Shown: positions 9,737 through 19,240, counted from the first letter of the stretch. The stretch is 64,000 bases of DNA from Longimicrobiales bacterium (GCA_965226375.1 CBDDCX010000008.1:1312001-1376000); one strand, 5' to 3'. Made by a program: numbers and translations. Notes: a model not told the origin generated them from the sequence alone.

Positions 9737-10483
9737 GTGCGCCAGTCCCTGATCGCTACAACGCTCTCCGTCTTCCTTCTGGGATGCGGCGGCGGGGACC
9801 TGGTGGGACTCGACGATCCGTCCTTCGACTCGGACAGCGACGGTATCTTGAACCAGGACGATGCCTGTCCCGGTGAGCCCGAAACCGTCAACGGTGTATT
9901 GGATGGTGACGGCTGTCCGGATACGCCCTTGGAGTTCTATGAGGCGATCCGAATGGACCTGGAGCAGTACTGGACCTCCGCGTTCCCTGTCTACGGGGAG
10001 ACTTATCGTCCCATCGGTGTCTTTTTATCGTTCTCCAGTGCGACTACGACGGGCTGTGGCGTCGTCTATCCGCAAAATGTGGAGTCTTGCTCAAGGGGTG
10101 AGGGCGTTTACTACGATCTGAACATGCTTCAGGAGTCGCTGGATCTGGTCGGGGACATGGGGCCCGCATTTATCCTCTCACACGCGATCGGTGGCCACAT
10201 ATCATGGCTCCTCGAATGGTCGTTGTGGCTGACGCCGAATACCCTCCGGCTTCAAGCGGATTGCTGGGGGGGAGCTTGGGCCAGTGACGCCTCGGCCCGC
10301 GGATGGCTAGACGTGGATGATCCCGAGGTTGCCGTCGGGCAGATCGTGCGACTCTACGAAACTCCTGGGACGTGGTTCGACGCGTCGAAGTACGGGACTC
10401 CCGAGCAGAGAGTGGCGGCGTTTCGGGTTGGCTTCTTAAACGGCCCTCCTGGCTGCGCCAGCGTAGAGTTTTTCGACATCTAG
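9737..10483 (+). CDS. Lipoprotein with TSP3-like Ca-binding repeat and YpfJ-like neutral zinc metallopeptidase domain (degenerate active site)
   Basis: Lipobox FLLGC; DSDSDGILNQDDACP..DGDGCPD; TGCG, LQADCWGGAW, GTPEQRVAAFRVG. Confidence 0.7.
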   Translation: MRQSLIATTLSVFLLGCGGGDLVGLDDPSFDSDSDGILNQDDACPGEPETVNGVLDGDGCPDTPLEFYEAIRMDLEQYWTSAFPVYGETYRPIGVFLSFSSATTTGCGVVYPQNVESCSRGEGVYYDLNMLQESLDLVGDMGPAFILSHAIGGHISWLLEWSLWLTPNTLRLQADCWGGAWASDASARGWLDVDDPEVAVGQIVRLYETPGTWFDASKYGTPEQRVAAFRVGFLNGPPGCASVEFFDI

Positions 10484-10532
10484 GTGGTGAGTCGGAGCGT
10501 CGACTGCCTGGTACACATCTGAGACACCCGTC

Positions 10533-11327
10533 TCAGGGAGATGGCGTAGCGAAGAGCGGGAGCCTCTCGATGGAATCCGCGCGGATGGGATTCTGCGGCC
10601 CGACAGCCAAGAGCTCGTGGTCGGCACCCCAGTCACGCTCCGGATGGGCGATGCGCTCGGCCAGAGCAGAAGACGGAAAGAGTCGGAATCCACGCTCCGA
10701 TAGCGCGCTGTGACACTCGTCATAGCACGAACGGTCGTGAATGGATATGAACAACAGCATCCGCTCGGAGAGCAGGTCACCGGCACCTCGCAGGACCGCA
10801 CCCTCACTTCCTTCCACGTCGATCTTGATCACGTCCGGAGCCTGAAGAGCCTCTTCAGTCTTCAGGCTCTGCAGTGTGGACGACCTCACCCGCTCACTCC
10901 CCTGGCCCAAGCGGAAAGTGATGGACGAACCCCGACCTCCAAACTGTTCCTGGCCTTCACGGTCACTCACGGCCACCGCGAGGACCCGAACGTGGTCCAG
11001 CGCATTCCAGTCGACGTGTTTGCGAAGAAACCAGAGGTTGGTGTCGGAGGGCTCAAAGGCCACAACCGATCCGGACGGCCCGACTCGCCGAGCGAGCATC
11101 ATCGACACGTAGCCCTTATGAGCACCTATGTCCCAAACATGGTCCCCCGGATGGACGAGTGAACGAAGCGTCTGGATTCGACTCACCTCGAACCGCCCCG
11201 ACCGGTATCCTCGACCCGAGCTGGCGAGACTCCATTTCAGACCCTCGTTAGGGCCGGAGGCGATTCGAAACGGAATACCACGGAGTAGCCGGGCGCCGGC
11301 CGCTCTGAAGGATCGGGACAGTCTCAT
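10533..11327 (-). CDS. FkbM family methyltransferase
   Basis: WDIGAHKG, VVAFEP, PDVIKIDVEGSEGAVLRGA. Confidence 0.9.
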   Translation of the reverse strand: MRLSRSFRAAGARLLRGIPFRIASGPNEGLKWSLASSGRGYRSGRFEVSRIQTLRSLVHPGDHVWDIGAHKGYVSMMLARRVGPSGSVVAFEPSDTNLWFLRKHVDWNALDHVRVLAVAVSDREGQEQFGGRGSSITFRLGQGSERVRSSTLQSLKTEEALQAPDVIKIDVEGSEGAVLRGAGDLLSERMLLFISIHDRSCYDECHSALSERGFRLFPSSALAERIAHPERDWGADHELLAVGPQNPIRADSIERLPLFATPSP

Positions 11328-11342
11328 CGCCTGATGGCAAGA

Positions 11343-12641
11343 TCACCCGCCGGGCCCTCTGCGGACATCCGGCTCCAGGCGCCACTCCAGGTTGTTTGGC
11401 GGCGTCACGGTCAGCTCTTCCGGTCTACCCAGCGCCCGCAGTTGTGGGGTGAAATCGTACGGAATCACCGAGGGTCGGGTCGTGCCCCCCCTGTTCATGT
11501 ATTCCCATACGATCTCGCCGTCGGGTTTCACCTGAAAGAGCCGGCCGGTGTTGTCTTCGGCAATGTACGTATTGCCATTGGGCAACCGCTTCTGGGTGCC
11601 CATGCTCTTGCTGAAGAACTTCAGGTTGGCATAACCTTCCGTCTCATAGATCCACACGATTTCCTGAGTCGTCGGATCCATCTCGACAATGAAGGTCTGA
11701 CCCGTATGGGTCCGATGCCTCGTGAAGAGACCGTTGTCGAACAGAATGATATTGCCGGCCCCCGGAAGTCCCTTTTCGATCATCTCCGCCTCATGGGCGT
11801 GGGCCATGCCACCCTTATAGTCATGGGTGCCTTCCCAGACGATCTCCTTGGTCTGTTTGTCGATGATGTAGACCATGTTGATGTTTCGCGCGTTGAGCAG
11901 AATGTTGCCGGGCCTGAACCGCTGGTCACCCGCATCGAACCACTTGTTTTCCGGAAGGGGAGCGATCGCGTTGACGTGCAGCCAATCGCCTTCCGGAGTG
12001 GCAGGTGAGAACAGGTTCAGATCCAGATGATTGTGCGCGTGCCACTCCCAGACCACGTCACCGTCCAGATTCACTTCGTATAGATCGGCGCCCAATTGGG
12101 TCTCTCCCGTACCCCGCAGGCGAGGCTTCCACCAAGGGGCGATCTCGACGTCTTTGACCTGCGCCTGGAACTCTTCGGGGATCGGTTCGTGGGCGATCAG
12201 CAACCGATTGTTGTTCGGCAAGACGCGCATATCGTTCACTGAGCCGATGCCCTGATGCGTCCACACGACTTCGCCGTCCCAATCGTATTCATAGATCGTC
12301 TTGTTGGCGCCCACATAGACCAGGTTTCCATTGGGGAGCAGCCTGCTTCGCTTGTTGAAGTTGGGAGCGACCTCCCAGGTGTGAACGACATTGCCGTTCA
12401 TGTCGATGAGGCGAATGTCGGTGGGGCTTCCGCCTCCAGCCTGGGCCCGGGCGGTCGCACTCGAATGATTCCCGATCGCGCTGTGGTCTGATATCAGGAC
12501 ATAGGTGCTGTAGGCTTGCGCGGGATCGTAAATCGTCGTGCCTGTCGGAAACACGGACTGTGCTGCAGCCGTGTGGGTCAGCGCAGCAAGTATTAGCACC
12601 CAGGCGGAGATCGAGAGGGTCTGTTTCCTGATGTTCATCAT
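11343..12641 (-). CDS. Secreted aryl-sulfate sulfotransferase (ASST) family beta-propeller protein
   Basis: Signal peptide; VFPTGTTIYDP, LIDMNGNVVHTW, DWLHVNAI, HAHEAEMI..GAGNIILFDNG, QKRLPNGNT; GGAGAG RBS. Confidence 0.82.
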   Translation of the reverse strand: MMNIRKQTLSISAWVLILAALTHTAAAQSVFPTGTTIYDPAQAYSTYVLISDHSAIGNHSSATARAQAGGGSPTDIRLIDMNGNVVHTWEVAPNFNKRSRLLPNGNLVYVGANKTIYEYDWDGEVVWTHQGIGSVNDMRVLPNNNRLLIAHEPIPEEFQAQVKDVEIAPWWKPRLRGTGETQLGADLYEVNLDGDVVWEWHAHNHLDLNLFSPATPEGDWLHVNAIAPLPENKWFDAGDQRFRPGNILLNARNINMVYIIDKQTKEIVWEGTHDYKGGMAHAHEAEMIEKGLPGAGNIILFDNGLFTRHRTHTGQTFIVEMDPTTQEIVWIYETEGYANLKFFSKSMGTQKRLPNGNTYIAEDNTGRLFQVKPDGEIVWEYMNRGGTTRPSVIPYDFTPQLRALGRPEELTVTPPNNLEWRLEPDVRRGPGG

Positions 12642-12902
12642 TCTCTCCATAGATGAAGGCGTGCTTCCGACGTAACCGATGTGGTGTGCGTCCTCGGGCG
12701 ACGAATGCGATTCATGGTGCGAACAACATCTACACGCGGAAGTAGCGCACACATTGAAATAGAGCGCAAAGATGTGGGCCGACGGCGGACCGCGCGAGTT
12801 TGGAAGTGCGGGAGTCCGTGCTTCGAGACCCTGGCGCCATCTCGGCTCTGTTGCGCGGCTAAGATGTAGAACGGGCGTGAAGCGCGCGACCCGGCCGCCG
12901 AC

Positions 12903-13115
12903 CTACGATCCGCAGCACGTCAGCTGTATCGCGATCCACACGAAGGGGGTCACCACGATGGCCAGACCGAGTCCGATGGTTTTTGCCGGGCTGAGTGCCG
13001 ACTCCTCAATCGACGTCACGAGACCCAACGGCATCTCAAACGGTATCCGTCCCCTCGGATTACGACGCACCTCCGTCCCCACCAACCTGTCGCCCTCGAT
13101 CCTGGCCTGGTCCAC
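12903..13115 (-). pseudogene. Probable 5'-truncated membrane protein gene fragment abutting the repeat array
   Basis: 70 aa with a C-terminal hydrophobic helix (KTIGLGLAIVVTPFVWIAI); begins exactly where the repeat ends, with no evident RBS. Confidence 0.4.
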
Positions 13116-13558
13116 TCGAGGGACCGCCCGTGGCCCAGAGCCCGAGCAATCTCAATTAAGCGGAGGGGGTGGGATTGACGTCGCTTCGCGACGTCGTCTC
13201 GCGGAAAGACCGGCTCGGCCGCATGCGCGGTCTTTCATCCTGACCGCTCGGCTCGAACCCGCGAGGCGCCCTTCTGGGAAGGGCGCGTGGGTTCGAACTC
13301 GAGAATGTCGAGGACCACCCGTGGCCCAGAACCCGAGCAATCTAAATTAAGCGGAGGGGGTGGGATTGACGTCGCTTCGCGACGTCGTCTCGCGGAAAGA
13401 CCGGCTCGGCCGCATGCGCGGTCTTTCATCCTGACCGCTCGGCTCGAACCCGCGAGGCGCCCTTCTGGGAAGGGCGCGTGGGTTCGAACTCGAGAATGTC
13501 GAGGACCACCCGTGGCCCAGAACCCGAGCAATCTAAATTAAGCGGAGGGGGTGGGATT
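13116..13558. repeat. tRNA-linked tandem repeat, 191-bp period, about 2.3 copies
   Basis: CGGAGGGGGTGGGATT starts at 13161, 13352 and 13543 (the last is the tRNA itself). The two full units are identical by eye; the distal partial copy 13116-13160 has several substitutions. Confidence 0.95.
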
Positions 13559-13626
13559 CGAACCCACGAGTCCTTGCGGACGCCGGTTTTCAAGACCGGT
13601 GCATTGAACCGCTCTGCCACCCCTCC
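13543..13626 (-). tRNA. tRNA-Ser (anticodon TGA)
   Basis: GGAGGGGTGGCAGAGCGGTTCAATGCACCGGTCTTGAAAACCGGCGTCCGCAAGGACTCGTGGGTTCGAATCCCACCCCCTCCG: 7-bp acceptor stem, CCGGT/ACCGG anticodon stem, long variable arm, G discriminator, no encoded CCA. Confidence 0.96.
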
Positions 13627-13709
13627 AGTACTTCGCGCCCCCGAGAAACTCAGGCATTCATGCGGGCTGTGTAAAGAGGCGGGGCGTGGATACGCCCCGC
13701 CGGCTCCGA

Positions 13710-15389
13710 TCAATGCCGGAAGAGGCGCTGCTCGGTGAAGACCATGGCCATGCCGTGTTCGTTGGCGGCCTCGATCACTTCGTCGTCTCGCATCGAGCCG
13801 CCGGGTTGGACGATGGCCCGCACTCCAGCTTCGGCGGCGGCGTCCACCCCGTCGCGGAACGGGAAGAACGCATCGGATGCCAGTACGGCCCCTGTGAGGT
13901 CGAGACCGGCGTCGGCCGCCTTCTGGACGGCGATGCGCGAGGAGTCCACCCGGCTCATCTGACCGGCGCCGAGACCCAGCGTGGCTCCGCCGCTTGCGAA
14001 CAAGATCGCGTTGGACTTCACACCGAAGACCGCGGCCCATGCGAAGCGGAGGTCGTCCCACTCCGCTTCGTCGGGACTCCGGTCGGTGGCGACGGACCAG
14101 TTGACCTTGCTCGTACCGTAGAAGGGGGGCGACGGTGGAGTCTGGGCGAGCATTCCACCGTATACGCTCCGCAGAGCGAGGGCTTCGGGCCGGCGCCCAT
14201 GCTGCGCAAGGAAACGACCGGTTCGCCGGACTTCTTCCGGTGCTCTCTGCCACCAGTCCCCATCGGGCTCGCCCTCCAACTCCTCGCCGATACCTCCCGA
14301 CACCAATAGCCGGAGGTTCTTCTTCTGTGTTAGCACCTCCAGGGCCTCGTCGTCGAAGGCCGGCGCCACCACGCACTCGATGAACAGCCCGGACATGGCC
14401 TGGGCCGTCTCCTCATCGATGCGCCGGTTCACTGCGATGACCGAACCGAACGCGCTTACGCCGTCGGTGCGGAGTGCCCGTTCGTACGCCTCGGACACTG
14501 TTCCGGCCACAGCCAGCCCGCAGGGCGTGGTATGCTTCACGATACAAACCGCTGGTCTGGGAGAGTAGGCGAACGGTGCAAGGGATAAGAGCGCGCCGTC
14601 GAGATCGAGCAGGTTGTTATAGGAGAGGTCCTTGCCGTGGACTTGCTCGAGTCCCGCTAGTCCATCTTGTCTTCCGGGGCGTCGATAGAAAGCGGCTCGC
14701 TGGCCCGGATTCTCACCATATCTCAGCTCCTGGACCAATTCGAGATCGAGGGACAAGGCCCCCGGAAGACTCGTGTCCGGGTCCCCCGTGACCGGTTCCT
14801 CGCCATCGGCTCCCACTTCCAGATAGGTGGCCACGGCGGCGTCATACTCACTGATGTGACGAAAGACCTTGGCGGCGAGTTCGCGACGCAACCCGGTATC
14901 AACCGTACCGCCATCCGCCAACGCAATCACAACGCGGTCGTAGTCCGCAGGGTCCACCATCACGAGCACGTCGGTATGGCTCTTGGCAGCGGCCCGGACC
15001 ATGGTGGGCCCGCCAATATCCACCTTCGCCATCGCCTCACCCACCGGAACGTCACCGCGGGCCACGGTCTCTCGGAACGGATAGAGATTCACAGCCACGA
15101 GGTCGATGGGTGCGTATCCGTGCTCAGCCAGAGAAGCCATGTCATCGGGTCGGTCGCGGCGCGCCAGGAGGCCCGCGTGCACGGCGGGATGCAGGGTCTT
15201 GACGCGCCCATCCATCATCTCTGGATGGCCGGTCACCTCGGCCACTTCGGTCACCGGAAGGCCGGCGTCTCGCACGGCCCCAGCGGTGCCCCCCGTGGAC
15301 AGTATCTCCCAGCCCGCCTCGATCAGTGAGTTGGCCAGAGCTTCGATACCCGACTTGTCGGACACGCTCAGGAGCGCTCTTCGCTTCAT
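13710..15389 (-). CDS. purH: Bifunctional AICAR formyltransferase / IMP cyclohydrolase
   Basis: [63 protein letters not shown]. Confidence 0.97.
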   Translation of the reverse strand: MKRRALLSVSDKSGIEALANSLIEAGWEILSTGGTAGAVRDAGLPVTEVAEVTGHPEMMDGRVKTLHPAVHAGLLARRDRPDDMASLAEHGYAPIDLVAVNLYPFRETVARGDVPVGEAMAKVDIGGPTMVRAAAKSHTDVLVMVDPADYDRVVIALADGGTVDTGLRRELAAKVFRHISEYDAAVATYLEVGADGEEPVTGDPDTSLPGALSLDLELVQELRYGENPGQRAAFYRRPGRQDGLAGLEQVHGKDLSYNNLLDLDGALLSLAPFAYSPRPAVCIVKHTTPCGLAVAGTVSEAYERALRTDGVSAFGSVIAVNRRIDEETAQAMSGLFIECVVAPAFDDEALEVLTQKKNLRLLVSGGIGEELEGEPDGDWWQRAPEEVRRTGRFLAQHGRRPEALALRSVYGGMLAQTPPSPPFYGTSKVNWSVATDRSPDEAEWDDLRFAWAAVFGVKSNAILFASGGATLGLGAGQMSRVDSSRIAVQKAADAGLDLTGAVLASDAFFPFRDGVDAAAEAGVRAIVQPGGSMRDDEVIEAANEHGMAMVFTEQRLFRH

Positions 15390-15429
15390 GTCTAAGTTCG
15401 TTCTCCTCTATGTGATCGCTTCTCGAGAG

Positions 15430-16083
15430 TCAGTCCTGAACAGTCGATTGAAAATCGACGGACGCCAGGATGAACGGAGCCGGTTCTCTATTCTCCGTCA
15501 CGGCCCGACAGATGTGATCGAGCACGGCCGGATAAAGGCGGTGCTCTATCTTCAGAACGCGGGCGGCCACTGCTTCCTCATCATCTCCGGGCAGGACCGG
15601 CACGGGCCACTGCGCCACGATGGTCCCGGTGTCGTACTCCTCGTCCACGTAATGGACCGTGGCACCGGTCACCTTGGCCCCCTCGGCCAGAACCGCCCTG
15701 TGCACCCGTGCCCCGTACATGCCCTTTCCGCCAAAAGCCGGAAGCAGAGCGGGATGGATGTTCAAGATGCGTCGCGAGTACGCGGTCACCACGGCCGAGG
15801 GTATGAGTTTGAGGTACCCGGCTAGGGCGATCACCTGCACGCCGCGATCACGAAGGAGTCGGAGAGCCTCAACGCCGACAGTTTCCGAGGAGCGGTCCAT
15901 TACCGAGACTACCAGGGCGTCACGACCAGCGGCTTTGGCCCGATCGAGCACGCCGGCATCCGGACGATCTGCGATGACCGCTACGATGCGGTACGCCTCG
16001 CCCGTGTCCTCGTGGTCCAGCAGTGACTGGAAATTCGTGCCCCCGCCCGACGCGAATACGGCAACGGGAACAGGAGGCGTCAC
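15430..16083 (-). CDS. purN: Phosphoribosylglycinamide formyltransferase
   Basis: ASGGGTNFQ, LNIHPALLPAFGGKGMYG, TGATVHYVDEEYDTG, EHRLYP. Confidence 0.96.
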   Translation of the reverse strand: MTPPVPVAVFASGGGTNFQSLLDHEDTGEAYRIVAVIADRPDAGVLDRAKAAGRDALVVSVMDRSSETVGVEALRLLRDRGVQVIALAGYLKLIPSAVVTAYSRRILNIHPALLPAFGGKGMYGARVHRAVLAEGAKVTGATVHYVDEEYDTGTIVAQWPVPVLPGDDEEAVAARVLKIEHRLYPAVLDHICRAVTENREPAPFILASVDFQSTVQD

Positions 16084-16730
16084 GCCAGCTCCCCTCCGTA
16101 GTGGGGGGTCAGAAAAGGGTTACCGGTACGCTCGTGACCGACCGAGGTAGGCGGTCCGTGGCCGGTCAGGAGGCGGGTCTCGTCAGCCATGGTCAACACA
16201 TGCCGCCGAATGCTGTCGAAGAGGGCCTGATAGTCGCCACCTGGAAGATCGGTCCTTCCGACCGAGCCCGCAAAAACGAGATCGCCGACGATTGCGAGCT
16301 GGTCATCCGCAGCCACGAGGATCACGTGTCCCGGTGAATGACCGGGCGTGTGAATGACCTGGAAAGCCGATTCACCGAACGAGAATGTGTCCCCGTCATG
16401 AAGCTCTTCTTCGGGCGACGCCAACTCAGGTGCTGTAAGGCCGAACATGGCAGCCTGCGCCGGCACGGCGTCGAAGAGTGGACGATCTGCCGGGTGGAGG
16501 TAGGTGGGTGCGTCTGTAAATTCGCGAATGACGTTCAGGCCCTCCACATGATCGAGATGCGCGTGTGTCAACAAGACGGCGACGACCTCGCTGCCCTCGT
16601 CTGCAATTGCGGCCACCATCTGCGGGGCGGAGGCACCGGGATCCACGACAACGCACTGGCCCGTGGTCTCACACCACGCAACGTAACCGTTCTCGGCAAA
16701 ATTTCCGGCTGTGAAGTCTTGAAAGCGCAT
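16080..16730 (-). CDS. MBL-fold metallo-hydrolase (glyoxalase II-like, YcbL/GloC type)
   Basis: LTHAHLDHV, HTPGHSPG, GDLVFAGSVGRTDLPGG, GHGP..E...NPF. Confidence 0.92.
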   Translation of the reverse strand: MRFQDFTAGNFAENGYVAWCETTGQCVVVDPGASAPQMVAAIADEGSEVVAVLLTHAHLDHVEGLNVIREFTDAPTYLHPADRPLFDAVPAQAAMFGLTAPELASPEEELHDGDTFSFGESAFQVIHTPGHSPGHVILVAADDQLAIVGDLVFAGSVGRTDLPGGDYQALFDSIRRHVLTMADETRLLTGHGPPTSVGHERTGNPFLTPHYGGELA

Positions 16731-16772
16731 CTTGATCAGACATGACGACACCGCGACGCAATGTCAGTCTCA

Positions 16773-16813
16773 CAAAAAAATAAGTGGCCCGTAGGGATCT
16801 CACCTACGAGCCG
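16773..16813 (-). terminator. Intrinsic terminator after erpA
   Basis: Minus strand GGCTCGTAGG-loop-CCTACGGGCC followed by ACTTATTTTTTT. Confidence 0.8.
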
Positions 16814-16839
16814 ATAGATCGGAGTCTGTTCTGGGAACT

Positions 16840-17184
16840 CTACGCGGTGAACGAGCTTCCGCAGCCGCATCCGCCAGAGGCGTTGGGGTTCGTGAACGTG
16901 AATCCCGATCCCATCATGCTGGTCACGTAGTCGATCTGGACACCGGTCAAATACTGGACACTGAACGGGTCGACAAAAATTTTGACACCCGCCATGTCGA
17001 ATACCTCGTCGTCGCTCTCTGGAGCATCCTCGATGTTCAGGCCGTACTGAAAGCCCGAGCATCCACCAGGGAGGACCGCGACACGGAGCCCCGCGTCTTC
17101 CGACGCTCCCTGCTCTTCAATGAACGACTGGACCTTGCTCATCGCCGTGGGCGTGAGGGTCAGCAGCGTCTTGGTACTTTCCAT
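16840..17184 (-). CDS. erpA: A-type Fe-S cluster carrier protein (ErpA/IscA/HesB family)
   Basis: LRVAVLPGGCSGFQY, NPNASGGCGCGSSF. Confidence 0.9.
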   Translation of the reverse strand: MESTKTLLTLTPTAMSKVQSFIEEQGASEDAGLRVAVLPGGCSGFQYGLNIEDAPESDDEVFDMAGVKIFVDPFSVQYLTGVQIDYVTSMMGSGFTFTNPNASGGCGCGSSFTA

Positions 17185-17285
17185 GACATCTATCTCCTGG
17201 GGCTGTTTTACCCCTACCGTCCCCGAATCGTTCTCGGCGACGATGATTTAGTTCCCTGGAACACCCCAAAAAGCTATCGGGAGGC

Positions 17286-17858
17286 CTAGAGGTGGTCAAC
17301 GCCCGCATTCGCTCCGAGAATGAGCCGTACGGCCTCCGCCAGATCGTCGACGACGGCCACACCGTTCGGCATCCGCGGTTCTTCGTCGACTCCATACCCT
17401 GTTCGAACGAGTACTCCCGTTCCCCCCAGCTCCTGAGCCGGGAGTACGTCGGTGACCTTGTCGCCCACGTAATAGGAATTCTCAAGGCTGAGTCCCAATG
17501 TCTCGGCGGCATCACGATGCATGCCGGTGTCCGGTTTGCGACACCGGCATGGCTCGCCGAAGTCGGGGTGGTGCGGACAGTACAGGGTCGCGTCCACGGC
17601 GGTCCCGGCGGCTTGCAGCATCTCGTCGAGCCTCCCGGCCACGGCCCGGTAGTCGCTCTCCCCATACAGTCCTCGGGCGATCCCGGACTGGTTGGTCACG
17701 ATCACGACGGCGTAGCCCGCCTCGCGCAGCGTCTTGATCGCATCCGGGGCCTGAGACATCAGAACCACGCCGTCAGGATCGGCGAGGTAGACCTTTTCTT
17801 CGATGAGGGTGCCGTCTCGGTCGAGGAAGACCGCCGGGCGAACCATCTGGTCCATCAC
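17286..17858 (-). CDS. gmhB: HAD-IIIA phosphatase, D-glycero-D-manno-heptose-1,7-bisphosphate phosphatase-like
   Basis: AVFLDRDGTL, VTNQSGIARG, CPHHP..CRCRKP, VGDKVTD; GTG start overlaps the selA stop. Confidence 0.85.
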   Translation of the reverse strand: MMDQMVRPAVFLDRDGTLIEEKVYLADPDGVVLMSQAPDAIKTLREAGYAVVIVTNQSGIARGLYGESDYRAVAGRLDEMLQAAGTAVDATLYCPHHPDFGEPCRCRKPDTGMHRDAAETLGLSLENSYYVGDKVTDVLPAQELGGTGVLVRTGYGVDEEPRMPNGVAVVDDLAEAVRLILGANAGVDHL

Positions 17859-19240
17859 GGCCGGGCGTGATCGGAGAGAAGCCTGAGCACTTCCGAGTCC
17901 TGCCAATCGAGCACGGTCCTCAGATCGATCCAGAGAGACCCGTCTTCGACCCGGCCCACGAGGGGTGGCGCGGCGGAGCGTAGGATCCCGGCCAACCTGT
18001 GGGCCCCGAGTGCATCGGATCGAACTCGAATCCCGTGGCTCGCCAACTCGACTCCCGGAAACGTCCCACCCCCGACGACCGACGACATGGCCACCACGTC
18101 AGCTTGGACGCCCTTCGCGGACAGCCCCGCTGCAAGAGCTTCCGCGCGTACTCGTAGCGTCTCCACGTCGGCCGAGATCATCGCCAGAGTGGGAATATCG
18201 CGCATGGCCCGTTCCGGCTCCCGATACATCTGCAGGGTGGCCTCGAGCGCAAAGAGAGTCGTCTTGTCGACCCGGAGCGCTCGGCAGAGCGGGTTACGCC
18301 GCATACGGGCGATCCACTCGCGTTCGCCGACCAGGACTCCCGCCTGGGGACCGCCTAGCATTTTGTCCCCCGAAAAGGCGACCACGTCCACCCCAGCAGC
18401 CAAGCTTTCCGTGGGCCGGGGCTCCGGCGGCAGGCCGAGGAGCGCCGCATCGACCATCAGACCCGAGCCCAGATCATGGACCACCCCGACCCCCCCTTCT
18501 CTTCCGAGCTCGGTCAATTCGCCGAGTGTCGCCTCTTCGGTGAACCCGGTGATCCGGAAGTTGGAGCGATGCACCTTCAGAATCAGGGCGGTGTCGGCCT
18601 CAGACATCGCCTCGCGATAGTCCTCGAGACGCGTGCGGTTTGTGCTTCCTACCTCCCTAAGGATTGCGCCCGAGCTCTCCATGATCTCGGGAATCCGGAA
18701 GCCGCCACCGATCTCCACAAGCTCGCCTCTGGAGACGAGCACCTGCCGTCCATGCGCGAGGGTGCTCAGTGCCAGGACCAACGCGGCGGACCCGTTGTTG
18801 ACGACGACGGCATCTTCGGCGCCCGTCAATTCCCGCAGGAGCCCGGAACAGTGGTCGTACCGGGATCCCCTTGAACCCGCTTCCAGGTCGTATTCGAGGT
18901 TGGAGTATCCTCGAGCACCCTCCATCGCCTCGATAGCCTTCCGGGCCAAAGGCGCCCGGCCGAGGTTGGTATGGAGGACCACACCGGTACCGTTGATCAC
19001 GGGCCGGAGGGATGGCGTCAGGGCTCGGTCCAAACGACGTGTCACGGCCTCGGCGTACATGCCGACGTTCTCGACGTCCCCCGACTCCTTCCCCGCCCCG
19101 ATGTCGCGCCGCACCTGTTCGATTTCGTCCCGCAGTTGGCTCAAGACGAACCCTCTGGGATGTCCCTTCAGAATGCCCTCGAACTGCGGTGACTCGAGCA
19201 TTTGCTCCACCGAAGGAATACGACGGCGATCGTCGGTCAC
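17855..19240 (-). CDS. selA: L-seryl-tRNA(Sec) selenium transferase
   Basis: VINGTGVVLHTNLGRA, YSNLEYDL..G.RGSR, SRGELVEIGGGFRIP, KVHRSNF, DLGSG, FSGDKMLGGPQAG, RALRVDK; GGAGG RBS before the GTG. Confidence 0.93.
   Translation of the reverse strand: MTDDRRRIPSVEQMLESPQFEGILKGHPRGFVLSQLRDEIEQVRRDIGAGKESGDVENVGMYAEAVTRRLDRALTPSLRPVINGTGVVLHTNLGRAPLARKAIEAMEGARGYSNLEYDLEAGSRGSRYDHCSGLLRELTGAEDAVVVNNGSAALVLALSTLAHGRQVLVSRGELVEIGGGFRIPEIMESSGAILREVGSTNRTRLEDYREAMSEADTALILKVHRSNFRITGFTEEATLGELTELGREGGVGVVHDLGSGLMVDAALLGLPPEPRPTESLAAGVDVVAFSGDKMLGGPQAGVLVGEREWIARMRRNPLCRALRVDKTTLFALEATLQMYREPERAMRDIPTLAMISADVETLRVRAEALAAGLSAKGVQADVVAMSSVVGGGTFPGVELASHGIRVRSDALGAHRLAGILRSAAPPLVGRVEDGSLWIDLRTVLDWQDSEVLRLLSDHARP

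Noticed and set aside
13116..13558. CRISPR array
   Set aside because: The units are 191 bp and identical throughout, with no unique spacers and no cas genes in the window.
13543..13626. tRNA-Sec (selC), given selA nearby
   Set aside because: The anticodon is TGA (reads Ser UCA codons), not TCA, and the acceptor stem is a normal 7 bp.
12772..13738. Repeated short ORFs (SGGGGIDVASRRR..., MLGFWATGG...) across the array
   Set aside because: By-products of the DNA repeat and tRNA, with no RBS or protein-like features.
16840..17184. Selenoprotein recoding in the HesB-family gene (also checked trxA and the CDGSH gene)
   Set aside because: All motif positions are ordinary Cys codons, with no in-frame TGA.
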